Shown here: positions 1 through 13,584 of the stretch, piece after piece | Layout: every line of letters begins with the position of its first letter | Position numbering within the stretch: the stretch's first letter is position 1 | Assembly (NCBI RefSeq): GCF_009914755.1 | Contig: NC_060945.1 | Direction: 5' to 3' (one strand) | Source of the DNA: the human T2T-CHM13v2.0 reference genome, Homo sapiens | Length of the DNA: 64,000 nucleotides | Position numbers and translations under genes: made by a program | Notes under the pieces: generated by a model | Seen by the model: only the letters and a program-made list of their open reading frames with translations | Told to the model about the DNA's origin: nothing | The model's database searches: none

Positions 1-39
1 TAGGGTACGATTATCTAACTCACATCTCTAGCAAAGTCA

Positions 40-980
40 ACTTGTCAGTGCCTACTTGATGTCTCCACTTGGATTCTAACTAGCGTCTTAATTTAAGATT
101 AAAAAAATGTAAAATCAATCACACATATGCACCTACCCACACCTCTGTCACTTGCAAACTGCCTCATGTCATCAAGATGTTGCCATATCACTAAAAGTGA
201 CCATAATCCCCCATGTCCCTAAATCCAAATACCTTGATATAATTCTTGCTCAGTAAATTCAATCATCTTCAAATCAACTTCCAATCTCAACTGATTTTCT
301 CCAACTTTATTGCTACAATCATAATCCCAACCACCATCATCCTTCAACTGGACAGGTGCTAAATGAACCCCTTCCTTCACTATTGTACCCTTCCACAATA
401 GTACACCCTCCTAAGAGCTAACCTCATCATATCACATATCCATCATACACTTTTCAATGTAGTTAATTTATATTCACACTTTGATATAAGATCTAAATTT
501 GGTCCCTGAGGGCACTCATGTAATATCTCTCCATGCTCTTCCTTCATGGACATTCCAGCCAAACTGGCCTTCTTTTCTTTGTAAGAAACTATCAAGCTGT
601 CTTTTTAAATTACAGAACTTTATATCTGCCCTTCTTTCCACTCAGAGCACCCCAGATCTTCAAAGTACCTTCCTATTTGTCTCCATTCAACTCTCAAATG
701 AAATATTACCTCCTCAGAGAGAAAAATTCTCTGAAATACCTATAGCCTGATCAGTGCCTTCCTACTTGCCAGTTTTACTCAGCCATGTTATCACATGTAA
801 TCGTCTTCATAGTAGTGTACCTTATAGCCCTTCACACCATTGCTTTGTTTAGGTATTTGTATGTCTTCATCCTCTTTCCCTCCTCACTACAGCATAGCCA
901 ATTGTGTCTTTGCCTTCTTCACTGCTATATCCCCTAGTGCCTGGTAGGCTTTCTATAAATAGCCATTTATTGACTTATTG
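40..980 (+). mobile_element. L2 LINE fragment(s), ancient
   Basis: L2-like motifs (cctacttgatgtctccacttgga; ctatatcccctagtgcctgg near 930). Boundaries approximate. Confidence 0.6.
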
Positions 981-1789
981 ACTACATGTATATGCTAATC
1001 CTTTTTACTAATTTGTGTTATACTATATATTTCTTTTCTCCCTCTCTTTGCTTCCCTCTCTTCTCATGTCCCTTGATGCTTCCTACTCAATATTAACATG
1101 TGCATCATTTTGTGTCTTCAGCATTTCTCTTTTCATTATATTATGATAGGTTAATTTTCCTAAGAAGACACTATTTTGACAAAAGCAAAGCATTAAAGTA
1201 AAGCAGCATAGGATCAATTTTTTCCTGGTGGAAGGAAACACCATCTTTCCAAGAAGACAATTCCGCCATGAAACAAAACAAACCAAAACATTTCTGGTAA
1301 GTCCTAGTTCCCAAGACTTGAAGCCAGTATGTTTTTCCACTTTCAAGTATCCTTGACTGTAGAGACAAAAGGTATCCACTTAGAGATATTAACTCATTAG
1401 CACTGCCTAAATTTGGGTTCCAGAAACACAACTTAATATGAAATCAATGGATGTGATAATCATTTGAAAGTAGCTTTATCAAAATCATCCGACAGAACAA
1501 GTTACTTTTCTAATTAGCATCTTCAGTTAAATACCTAAATCTGATGAATAATAAGTTATGCATTATGCTAAATTGCATTGGCTCACTATTCTAGAATGCT
1601 TTCAAATTAATTAAAAATGAGATATTCAGTAATGAGAAATATAAAAAGATAACCTATTTCAATCAGTTTAAGTTAGAATTTAACATTTCTTCAATACACT
1701 ATTTTGTAGTCAATTGCAAGAGTAATAAAGCAAAATTATTGAGTCTTTAATAGTGACCATTCAAAATTCATAATGAATTATTAGAAAGA

Positions 1790-2225
1790 AAACTAAGGTC
1801 CCTACCAACTTTCCACCTCACTTCAAACCATAGCCAAGGTCCTTACAACAGCAAGTAAGACTCCACACAATTCCCACTTCTTCACCTCTATTCTGTTACT
1901 TCTGGAATCTTCTACTACTCCAAATTGTGTGTTTTGCTCCAGACTCAGCAGTTCTCACTATCTTGTTCTTCCAATTGCCATCTTCTCTGTGTGGCCTTTC
2001 TTGACTCTCCAGTTAAAAATTACCCTATCAAAATTATCTGACCCCCATCCAGGATTACGTTTCACCATCTAACTTACGATACTTCACATATTTATGTGGC
2101 TCATTGTCTGTTATCTGTCTCCCTAAGTTAGAATGCGAGCTTCATGATGGCAGACTTTTGGTCAATTTCCTTCACTCAATAATTCCTGACCCAAAGTAAA
2201 CACTTCATAAGTATTTTTTGAATAT
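1790..2225 (+). mobile_element. L2 3' fragment
   Basis: ttgtctg...ctccctaagttagaatgcgagcttcatgatggcaga resembles the L2a 3' end. Confidence 0.55.
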
Positions 2226-3302
2226 ACAAATATATAATACAAATTATCAAGGAGCTTATAAATAAGTAAAGACACAAACCAGCATTATAATGCAGTTTGA
2301 GAAATATCAATATTGTGGTATAGGAGGACGTATGTAAACTATTAGAAGCAACAGTTAAATAAGAAGCAATTCAGAAAGACACACAGTGTGGGTGATATCT
2401 GAGTTAAAGGACAGAAAGTAAGAAGATAACCAGATGGAGAAAAGAGAGGAAGATCTTACAAACAAGCATCAGAAGTTACCATAAGAAAAGCAAGTACAAA
2501 ATAATCGTAAGAAAAACAATTGCATCCCAATTATTATGACAAACATAATTAACTATGAAAACCCAAAACAGTTCATGCTTTGATAATGCTAAAGTTGATA
2601 AGTAGATTAAGATGTGATAGAACAATCTGTAAATCTTAGTGCTTCCTAACTTTTGAGAAAACATTTTTAGGCAAGATATGCTGATTTAAGGAAGAAAAGT
2701 TGTTAATGGATGAGGCATGTCCCTTAAAGACAAACACTATGAACACTGTTTACAGCCTTTATAATGCAAAGGTGCCAGGTTTTTTTTTTAAGTCCTTGGA
2801 ATCTCAGTTGGCAACTTTGAAATTCATGTGTAATTCATGAGTTTTTTAAAAGAAATGTAATAAGTAACACAAGTGATTCTAGAGCTTGTCTTTAGGCTGA
2901 GGTAGATATTGGCATTATAAGTTGAAGTGTTAGAAAGGAACAATAAGAATTAAGAATAAGCAGTAATTTCTGCCAAGATCTGTGGCACCCAGTCTCACAC
3001 ATAAGGCTTTTTGGAATTTCTTGGTTTCCAAGGTTCAGGCTCTCATGCTTTAGTTTGTACATAAAGGACTTAAGTTATTCTTAAAGCACAGTTTTAGCAC
3101 TTCATACCAGGAGATGGTTATGAGACTGATCACAGGATAAAGTGAAATAGGATGTGTGCCTGCTTGTAGAAGGAACCTCTTTCCTTCTGCCATTCTATTC
3201 CTACTTTTCTGGCAGGAAAGTCCTAGAAAACATTTCATATACAGATTAATTTTAAACAATTTACATTATATTTTACTATTATTCGCTTCTAGAATATATC
3301 TA

Positions 3303-3622
3303 GGCTGGCCCTGGTGGCTCACACTTGAAATCCCAGCACTTTGGGAGACTGAAGTGGGTGGATCACCTGAACTCAGGAGTTTGAGACTAGCCTAGCCTAG
3401 CCAACATGGTAAAACCTAGTCTCTACTAAAAATCCAAAAATTAGCTGGGTGTGGTGATGCGTACCTGTAATCCCAGCTACTCGGGAGGCTGAGGGAGGAG
3501 AACCATTGAGCCTGGAAGGTGGAGGCGGCAGTGAGCCAAGATTGTGTCACTGAACTCCAGCCTGGGCAACAGAGCAAGACTCTGTCTCAAAAAAACAACA
3601 AACAAACAAAGAAACAAAAAAA
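3303..3622 (+). mobile_element. Alu SINE (AluS/J), full length
   Basis: ggctggccctggtggctcac...cccagcactttgggag, mid A-linker, second arm, A-rich tail. Confidence 0.95.
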
Positions 3623-6040
3623 TCTTAGCTTATATATTTCTCACATCTGATCCTACCATTTTACTTCTTTTTTCCTGTTTATGCCAATTATTTCTATTCC
3701 TCTTTACATATAGGCAGAGAGATTTGACTAAAATGCGTCATAGACAAGGACATCTACTAAATTTACCTATTCTTCATGTTGAATTCCACAACAGATTTCA
3801 AATACAACCAAAATCTCCAAATGAAATCTTAATTCTAAATTGAGTGCTTGTAGTCTTCAAATATGTTCAAATAGAACATCAAAGCTCAATAAAAATAGTT
3901 ATACCACTTGGGATGGTATTTAAAATATTTTTTCCTAAATAAATTCAGCTTCAGAGGATGAGAAAACCTTCATTAGGAGATGTATCTTAAAGGACAAATT
4001 AAGTTAAATAAATGTGAAAGAAATCATACTTTATTATGTTGACTAGTAAGATACTTTGTGTTACTATTGTGAATTAATGCCATCCAAATATTGAGTGATG
4101 TAATTCAATTTAGTAAAAGAAAAAAGTCTAAATTATCAACTTCTTTCCTTATAAAAATGAAATATGCTATAACTTGCATTGTTTCCATGGCAATGACCCT
4201 GATGATCAGAAAGAGAGGTTAAAACATAAAAACATTTAAAATCATCTAATCTAAATTATAAAAAAGAAATCCCTTTCTTCAGAAAAAATAATTTTTTAAG
4301 GAAGCACTCAAAAACAAATCTCTACTAGTAGATACACAGCATACACATCTCTTACTATCTCCCATGCAGACTGCATAAAAAGGCTTGCTGACTACTTTTA
4401 AGAAAACAACATTCAGATGTCTGGAAAGTATCTGAAATGCATGATTAATCTACACAGATAATTTTCTCAAGAAACTAAATTTTGAAGACAAGTAATTCAA
4501 AAGTATATTGTCTTTAAAGTAAATCCACTGGTATTCTTAAATTGCTGTAATACTTTCTCTGTTTACCTTATAGTGTGAACCTCTCAAGCTATGGGAATGC
4601 ATGTAATCTCTAAGAATAGCTGACTTCTTTTGTAGGAAAAAGCTGTTAGAAATGACTGTTAGGATTTCAAATGTTTGGGAGTGTGTATTCATGTGGGTTT
4701 TATGTGTTGAATATTTGCATTTATAATTTTAAGATGCTTAAATCCAAAACTAAAATGACCCATGTAACATAATTCTGCCATAGGATAAATTAAATTCAAT
4801 TAAATTTTTCCATACAAATTATTATCTACCACAATGCAAAAATATTTATATATCATAAAGATGTAAGAAACACTGACTTCTGTAATACAGCAGAGTTCAA
4901 TTTCACTGCTACTTAGCTTGATGATATTTTAAGGTCATGTCTCTTGGAATACACATTCAATATTCATTGCCAAATGTCTGAGCTCACCTCTCTTGAAGCC
5001 ATATTCAATTATCAACTGAAAATAATTTACCAAGCAACCTCACAAAACACAAACTCTAGGTAGCATTAAGGTTTTTCAAAGTGATTATTCCTTACTGGTA
5101 GTGATCCTAAGATATTAAAACTCATAGATCACATGATCTGAGATTTTCTAATTGAAAAGCTGTAGCTGTAAACCTTTAATTCAAAGTCGGATACCACCTT
5201 CAGCTGTCAAAAGAATTACATAATCACTTAAATTTCTGGAATGAAAGAGAAAATGAAGAGAACAATAAAAGTAACTTTGAAATGCACTGGGAAACAATTG
5301 GAAGGAACCAAATGGAGGCAAAGACAGAGAGAGGGCTGTTTATCTAACCTTTCCTTCTTGAGTAGGTTTTCTCTGATATCTCTAGAGAAAAATTGGACGT
5401 GTAACAATGAAATACAAAATACAAGATATTGTCTTGGTATAATTACTTGCAATGATTCCAAGATGGCAGAATTTGAGAACCTGCTAAATAGGACAACAAA
5501 GTGATCTGCTTTTCCAAAATTTTGCCCCTTAACTTAAATATTATTTCATGGTGAAGATCAATAAAACTGAAAATTGGAATTGCCAGATATTATCAGATTT
5601 TATTTTTTGAATGCTTAATAGCTGACCCAAAATCTGGTCATAAAAATGGAAGTTAAATTAAATTGTCCTCAAAATTTAAGTTTGCTACATTTGTAAGCGC
5701 CACTTCCTTCTTCAAAATTTCAAACTTTCTCATATCTAGCAGCAACTTGAAATTAGCAATTTAAGCATGTAAATTCATCTTGGAAACCAAATTGATTAAA
5801 ATTGTATGTGTATTCATGATAATGTTTAAAATTTTTGCTACATTTAAACCCTAAGTTAGTTACAAAAACTCTAAAATTATGCTTGTTTAAAAACTTGGGA
5901 TAACTTGCTTTTGAAAACATACTGACATATTCATTCCATTCTTATAATTATTTTTGTATCACTCCCAAACAGCACACCATTGTATATGTCCCCAAAATGG
6001 CACTTCTTTGCTAAAGCCACTAAGACAGAAATACTTTTGA

Positions 6041-6310
6041 GCCAGATGCAATGGCTCATGCCTATAATCTCAGTACTTAGGGAGGCCTAGGTTAGAGGAC
6101 TGCTTGAAGATAGGAGTTCGTGACCTGCCTGGGCAACATAGCAAGACCCAGTCTTTACAAATGAAATGAAAACAAAATATAAAATAAACGAGCTGGGCAT
6201 AGTAGTGCACACCTGTGGTCATAGCTATCAGGAGGCTGAGATGAGAGGACCATATGAACCTAGGAGTTTGGGGCTGTGATGAGCTATGATTGCACCACTG
6301 CACCTCAGTC
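6041..6310 (+). mobile_element. AluJ-like SINE, 3' truncated
   Basis: Diverged two-arm Alu with J-type motifs (ggcaacatagcaagacc, gagctatgattgcaccactgca). Confidence 0.9.
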
Positions 6311-9166
6311 AGAACTACGGGTTGCTGAGTTAGAAATAAATTCTCAGTTCTGAATATAATAACTGCTCCTGACACTCCCCAGAATCCTGCAAATGAGCTG
6401 GGTTTTCTGGTGCCTCTCTATAGTCCCTCTTTCTCAGGAAACACCCCCATGGTTTTCCCTGCTGTGCTATTAATTACACCCATGCTTATTATATGTCAGT
6501 TCAGTTTTATCTAGATTCTCCCGAAGTCAGTGCTGAACTTAGTTGTTTGAAAATGTATATATTGTAACAGTTACCAAAAAGACAAAATACAGCTAGATAT
6601 TTATGCTATTTGTTTCATTTCTATCGTAGGTATATTTCCTTTTAAAATTCATATGTATCTTTCTCTAAGGATTGTCTCCATTTTCAGATGTTAAACACTT
6701 TCTCATGCACAAACCACCTAAGCAGCATAGACACAGAGTCCGTGTCAGGGAATGTTACATTCAGGATAGGCACCTATTATTCTGTAACTCAGAAGCAGGA
6801 AAATGGATGTCCTCAAGCAGATGCTTTTCTTGACAGATACAAAAAATTGACAAGGATCATTGACTTACTTCCAACCCACCATTCATCTCTTTTCTCTTAT
6901 TTTGACCCTAAGGGTCCCAGAGGGATAATGGCCCTACATTGTTATTTAGAATTCAGATTTCAGACTGCATTTCTTATATCATTTTTTATAAGTAGTGGTT
7001 GCACACAGTTGAGACAATACTATGATATTAATCTACATTCCTCGTTAAATTGATTTTTTTGTCTTCTATTTTTTTAGCTTAGGTACAATTTCTCACACGG
7101 TTTCTCAGGAAGGAACATTGGGATTTCCCAATGACTTAAACATTTAGAACATAGTCTATTCATATATATGAAGAGCTTGTGTAGAAAGTATAATTTACTT
7201 ATACTATTACGCTTAAGAAATTATGTGAAATAATGTGAAAATAATCTTATAACATTTGCATGCATATTTGCCGCAAGAGTCATACTTCATTGATACTTAA
7301 TCATAATCTTGGACATTGCGGGTTCCAATAACCAATATTTAATGCAAGACTGTAAACTTACTAGAGAGAAAACCTTATTTATAAATTTTCATGTATTCTT
7401 TTCTTGACAATAATAATGAGCTATGAGATTTGTATTTTAAGATACTTAGTAATAAAAAGTTTAATTTTTAAAACTTTTATTTTTAAATTCTGCTTAATTG
7501 CATAAAAGTTAAAAGGTAATATTTAATATTTAATGAGGCTTATTGATCTAAATGATGATATGCAGCTTGGGTTATACTTGCAATTATAAGATTTGCTCAT
7601 TACACCTAAGCAATCTCCTTCACTCAATCTAGCTACCACAAAGGAAGCAAAATTCCCTGAATGATAATATCAAAGCATTCCATTATGTTTTCTATTAAGG
7701 TGTTTTGTTCTTTGAATCATTGTCTATTTTAATTTATCCTTTTAGAAAGAAAACAAATTACTTAACTTGCATTTCCCACTAGAAGCTTCACTGCAGCTAG
7801 ACTTGGAATTGATTTCAGGCCATTTTTTAATAAATGATGGTCCCCAGTGAAGGATAGAATATTTGAGCAATCAATACTGAGTAAATAAAAGGGTTTTTTG
7901 GGTAAATAAGAGAGAAGATACCTATTTTTTTCAAATATTTTAAATATCTAATAACCTATTCCTCATCTAAAACAAGCCACAATTACTGGAAATGATGGTC
8001 AGAGGAAGGTTTTATCAACCCTGTGTAATACTACACGTCATGTTGGATCACTATTACAGAGAAACAGTTGTCATGCTGCATTGTAATAACTCTACACATT
8101 ACCAGAGAAATAAACAACTCTATAGCCACAGAAATCCAACATAGCTACTGTCTACATATTCTTGTTTTAGACCTTTGGTGAAAATACTATGTGTATTAAA
8201 TATATTTTACATTAGTTTTATCACAAAAAATAAAAATGAGAATTCTATTAAATGCTAATATAAACTCTGGCATGAAAGAAAAATTAAAATCAAAGCTGAT
8301 CTTAATTAACAAAGTGTATTATCTGCTTACATGTATATACAACTATTCATATACAAAGGCACACATGCACTTGTGGTTTTGAAAAATATCTATTTCATTT
8401 CAAAAATTCATTGAACAATATTACATATGGCAAGAAAACTGCCCTTTTTGAAGGATCTTTTAAAAAGTGTTAAACTTTATTAGATACTTCAAACTAGCAA
8501 AGCTCAACTTCATCACAATTATATAATAACACTGCACGCTTTCAATTTTATCTCTAGAAATATACCTATCCCTTGAAATAAACTCTGTGAACTTCTTGCT
8601 CACAGATTTCATTTCAAGCCTTGAAAATGCAGAAAATCAATGCCAAATATACTTGACCCAAGAGGAAAAGAAAATTTCAGGGGTGTCAGGATGTTTTATC
8701 ACATAAAATACAGAATTGCAATTTGTATCTGAGCAGGCAACACACCTCCAAAAATAATACAATACTTATCACAAAATACATTCACAGATACTAGATTTGG
8801 CACAAACCACTCCATACAGCTATTGATCAAGTCAATATTGAAAGCCTTATTACAAAATCTATGGCCCTTTTCTACTCTCCAACAGACATTTCAGGATGCC
8901 ACAAACTTGCAGCTCCACTCTATCATTAATTTCCCCTAAATACGCTTGGCAGAAGAATGAGAAACGTCACGTTTTTTCATTTAATTTCTAAAGAACATCA
9001 CATCCTTTAAGAATAGGTTCTTGAAATTTTAAAATGTAAAACATAAAAACCCTAAAGAAAAGAAACAAACATCCAAAAACTTTTCTTCAAAATCACAACA
9101 ACTTTATATGCTATGTGTTCTTGTAAAATACCACACACACAAACTCACATGCATACCCACCCCCCC

Positions 9167-9170
<4 letters not shown>

Positions 9171-9203
<33 letters not shown>
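9171..9203. repeat. (CA)n microsatellite
   Basis: Pure CA run read directly. Confidence 0.97.
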
Positions 9204-9205
<2 letters not shown>

Positions 9206-9230
9206 AGCCTCATAATACCATATATATATA

Positions 9231-9364
9231 TTGACGTTTAAGCAATTTGTTGTAATCTTCTGCCAGGTTTTTGTTACAGGGTATTGTAATGCCTCTACAC
9301 CAGTTAAATTGAAATAGAGTTAGGTGTGAGTAAATGCATCAAAATTGAAGCCATCTTTCCGAAA
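9231..9364. repeat. Left arm of 134-bp inverted repeat (partner 10888-11021)
   Basis: Manual alignment to the reverse complement of 10888-11021 gives 130/134 identity, no gaps. Confidence 0.95.
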
Positions 9365-9400
9365 AATGCAGCATGACAACTGTTTCTCTGTAATAGTGAT
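9365..9400. repeat. 36-bp inverted copy of 8047-8082
   Basis: aatgcagcatgacaactgtttctctgtaatagtgat is the exact reverse complement of 8047-8082. Confidence 0.95.
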
Positions 9401-9411
9401 ATACATATCTG

Positions 9412-9414
<3 letters not shown>

Positions 9415-9464
<50 letters not shown>

Positions 9465-10862
9465 TATTCATATATATATTCATACACATATATTCATATA
9501 TATATATTCATACACATATATTCATATATATATATTCATATATATACATATATATTCATATATATTCATATATATATTCATATATATATACATATATATT
9601 CATATATATTCATATATATATACATATATATATTCATATATATATACATATATACATATATATATTCATATATATATTCATATATATATTCATATATATA
9701 TTCATATATATATTCATATATATATTCATATATATATTCATATATATATATTCATATATATATTCATATATATATATTCATATATATATTCATATATATA
9801 TATTCATATATATATTCATATATATATATTCATATATATATTCATATATATATATTCATATATATATTCATATATATATATTCATATATATATTCATATA
9901 TATATATTCATATATATATTCATATATATATTCATATATATTCATATATATATATTCATATATATATTCATATATATTCATATATATATATTCATATATA
10001 TATTCATATATATTCATATATATATATTCATATATATATTCATATATATATATTCATATATATATTCATATATATATATTCATATATATATTCATATATA
10101 TATATTCATATATATATTCATATATATATATTCATATATATATTCATATATATATATTCATATATATATTCATATATATATTCATATATATTCATATATA
10201 TATTCATATATATATTCATATATATATTCATATATATTCATATATATATTCATATATATTCATATATATATTCATATATATTCATATATATATTCATATA
10301 CGTATATTCATATATATATTCATATATATATTCATATATATATATTCATATACATATATTCATATATATATATTCATATACATATATTCATATATATATA
10401 TATTCATATACATATATTCATATACATATATTCATATACATATATTCATATATATATTCATATATATATATTCATATATATATATTCATATATATATATA
10501 TGCATATATATATATATTTATATATATATTCATATATATATATTCATATATATATATTCATATATATATATTCATATATATATTCATATATATATATTCA
10601 TATATATATTCATATATATATTCATATATATATTCATATATATACATATATATTCATATATATATTCATATATATACATATATATTCATATATATATTCA
10701 TATATATATTCATATATATATATTCATATATATATATTCATATATATATATTCATATATATATATTCATATATATATATTCATATATATATATATTCATA
10801 TATATATATTCATATATATATATTCATATATATGAATTCCAACAGAATTCCATATATATATA
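9415..10862. repeat. AT-rich micro/minisatellite: (TA)n then CATATATATATT-type units of about 10-16 bp
   Basis: About 1.45 kb of TA runs punctuated by TTCA or TACA; almost no G. Confidence 0.98.
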
Positions 10863-10887
10863 ATGAATTCCAACAGAAAAAAGCCAA

Positions 10888-11021
10888 TTTCGGAAAGATA
10901 GCCTCAATTTTGATGCATTTACTCACACCTAACTCTATTTCAATTTAACTGGTGCAGAGGCATTACAATACCCTGTAACAAAAACCTGGCGGAAGATTAC
11001 AACAAATTGCTTAAACGTCAA
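10888..11021. repeat. Right arm of 134-bp inverted repeat
   Basis: Reverse complement of 9231-9364 with 4 transitions. Confidence 0.95.
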
Positions 11022-11099
11022 ACCAAAGACTCACATAATTTCATCATAAAGTGAAATTTGCATCCAACTCTCAAAGAATTAGAACATCCTTGCACTTAC

Positions 11100-11221
11100 C
11101 TTGGCCTTGTCCATTCCCCTGATGACCCCAAAAGACCACAGTCATCATCAACAGTCCCGGAGCCCACGTCCACATCCTTCTAGTGACACTTTCATGTCTT
11201 CTGGCCATTGCATCTTAAACT
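11100..11221 (-). pseudogene. ROBO2: Duplicated first coding exon of ROBO2 isoform a (signal-peptide exon), unprocessed fragment
   Basis: Minus strand: acceptor ...atatgcAG, 13-nt UTR, ATG at 11208, MARRHESVTRRMWTWAPGLLMMTVVFWGHQGNGQGQ plus G (109 coding nt), donor G|GTAAGT at 11099. Matches the remembered ROBO2a N-terminus (MARRHERVTRRMW...). The upstream block ends at 14786, suggesting a paralog. Confidence 0.9.
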
Positions 11222-11929
11222 CTGCATATTCAGTGGGGTGGATGTGAAAGTACAATAAATTACATTCTTAGAGAAATATACTACGACTCAAATCCCATAT
11301 CTAATATGCACTTTGCATTTCTGAATTATCCTGCTTACAAGGAGGTACATTTGAAAATCATGCTTCCCTTTAGGATTGTCATATTGATGATTAATATGAA
11401 AGCTCATTCATCTTTAATCTTTATTCTAAGCATTCATCTGAATTACATTTTTAATATCATTTTCCAAAACAGGCCATTTAACCTATGAATGTTAAAAAGT
11501 ACTCCCAATATACATATTGGAGTTCAGTCAAGCAAAAAAATTGTGTATGGACAGTACTTAAGTATAACTTGATATTTAGGCAAATTGATGAATTTAACAT
11601 ACCATGTAATCTCTACATATATACAAAAGGACTTTTCAACACACTTATGTAAGTTTAGCATAAATACCCTTGAAAATATTCTCAAGTTTTAAGTGGTATT
11701 CTAATTATGGCAGTAATTAACTGAATAAAGAGATTCATCATGTGCAAAAACTAATCTTGTTTACTTAAAATTGAGAGTAAAATTAATTATAGAAGTTACA
11801 AAACACTTGTAATTTTGGTTTCAGATATATAACCCACAGGACTTTCATATATACAAACATTATATATGACAATGTATATTTGAATGTTCATTTTGAAACT
11901 GCTTTTCATACTGACACATGAAAATACTT

Positions 11930-12130
11930 AAATGTCCACCAAAGCAAGGTTATTTATTCATACATTTGAATGATATACAGTAGCTCAAAAGAATAAACTT
12001 GAGTTGCATGTACTAATATGGATGTGTCAAAAATGAATAGTGAAGCAAAACTAGCAAATTGAATAATAAGTTCAAAACTATACCTTTCATATGTAAACAT
12101 GTACAATAGTTAAAACTATACATTTTATGT
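11930..12130 (+). mobile_element. Old L1M 3' fragment
   Basis: aaatgtccacc...tattcatacatttgaatgatatacagtag is an L1ME-like 3' motif. Confidence 0.5.
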
Positions 12131-12659
12131 TGCATAAATATATAATACAGTATAATAGCGCATAAGAATGATAAACACCTTCAAGACCAAAGTTAGGAAA
12201 TTACAAGACTACAATTTAAATGATTAACAGGTGGAATTTTAAATCAGAGGTTACTCCTAAATCCCAATTTTTCCACAGTTGACAAAATACGGAGTTAAGA
12301 AAAGTAAATTTAATGATTTCCAGAATGAATGCTTTATTCAAAATGCTACATAATTACAATTCTAATAAACTTGCAAGGGAATCCAGTTACCCAGAAGTTT
12401 TCTTTCTCCCTTTCTCCTACATCACGAAAGGGGAAGATTTAATTACCAACTTTGCATTACTTAACTTCAGACTCATAGTATCAGAGCTAAAGAGAAATGT
12501 AAGAAACACCTAACTCAACCTTTCCATTTTAAATGACCAAATGATTTGAGAAGGTTACAATGACATTTCTAAGTTCATATGTAAAAACAGAATTTTGATG
12601 ACAATGACAGTTTAAGTACTAATAAACACTCCATGAAAAGTTACTGTAATCCAGGTTAT

Positions 12660-12830
12660 TTTACTGTGCTAAATGCCTTACATTCTTTACCCAGTTTGGT
12701 TTTCACAGAAATCCTATGAACAAAGCACTTTCAAAATTTACCACTTCACAGCTAAGAAAAACAAGGCTTAGAGAAATGCTACACGATCCCCTAGTCATGA
12801 GGTTAGTAGGTACTATTGTGGAGACTGAGG
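12660..12830 (-). mobile_element. MIR SINE
   Basis: acttcacagctaagaaaaacaaggcttagaga resembles the MIR core. Confidence 0.55.
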
Positions 12831-13182
12831 CAAAACAGGATGATTTCAATGCCTATGCTCTGAACAAGTAAACACTAAGCAGGAATTTAGTTCTAGATCT
12901 CCCAATTGTAATCCAATAATCAGCCAAAAAATGATTCTGAGGGGAAAAAAAGATGTCTTGTGTACGGAGCCTCAAGTATTTGATCCCAAATACATCTTCA
13001 AATTGAAAATCATTCGAGCATAAGGCAATAGAATTACTGTTTCTAAAATCATCAACCTTTCCCAAGTTGAACATACAAGTATATTTTATCATACATATAC
13101 TATATGTATGTATAACGTGTGTTTATATAAGTATTCCTGTGGTTTATATATCTGGACTTGGAATCAGAAGTATTTTGTGATA

Positions 13183-13458
13183 TATTTATTTATTTTTTAA
13201 AGTCTCCCTCTTTTGCTCTGGCAGGAGTGTAGTGGTGTGATCATAGCTCACAGCAGACTCCAACTCCTAGGCTCAAGCGATACTTTTGCCTCGGCCTCTC
13301 AAGTGGCTAGGACTACAGGCACGGACCACCATACCCAGCTAATTTTTTTATAGAGATGGGGTCCCACTGTGTTGCTTGACTGGTCTCAAACTCCTTAGGT
13401 CAAGGGATCCTCACACCTAGACTTCCAAAAGCAATGAGATTACAGGTGTGAGCCACCT
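13183..13458 (-). mobile_element. AluJ-like SINE
   Basis: T-rich tail then gatcatagctcac...gattacaggtgtgagccacc. Confidence 0.9.
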
Positions 13459-13584
13459 TGTGTTTTTTGATTTCTTCCATTAATTCTACTTTTAAATTTA
13501 ATTACACAAGATTAATTTTGTATACATAATGAATCTCTTTTGAGGTTTAAATTACTGATATAATTAGAGTAACACTTAACATGA

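Noticed and set aside
9345-10863. 496-aa and 483-aa ORFs (Y/I/H/S/F-rich)
   Set aside because: Translations of the AT repeat, which happens to lack stop codons.
9231-11021. Classical PATRR or a MITE with terminal inverted repeats
   Set aside because: The spacer is not a perfect palindrome, no TSD is visible, and the second inverted insert points to local templating.
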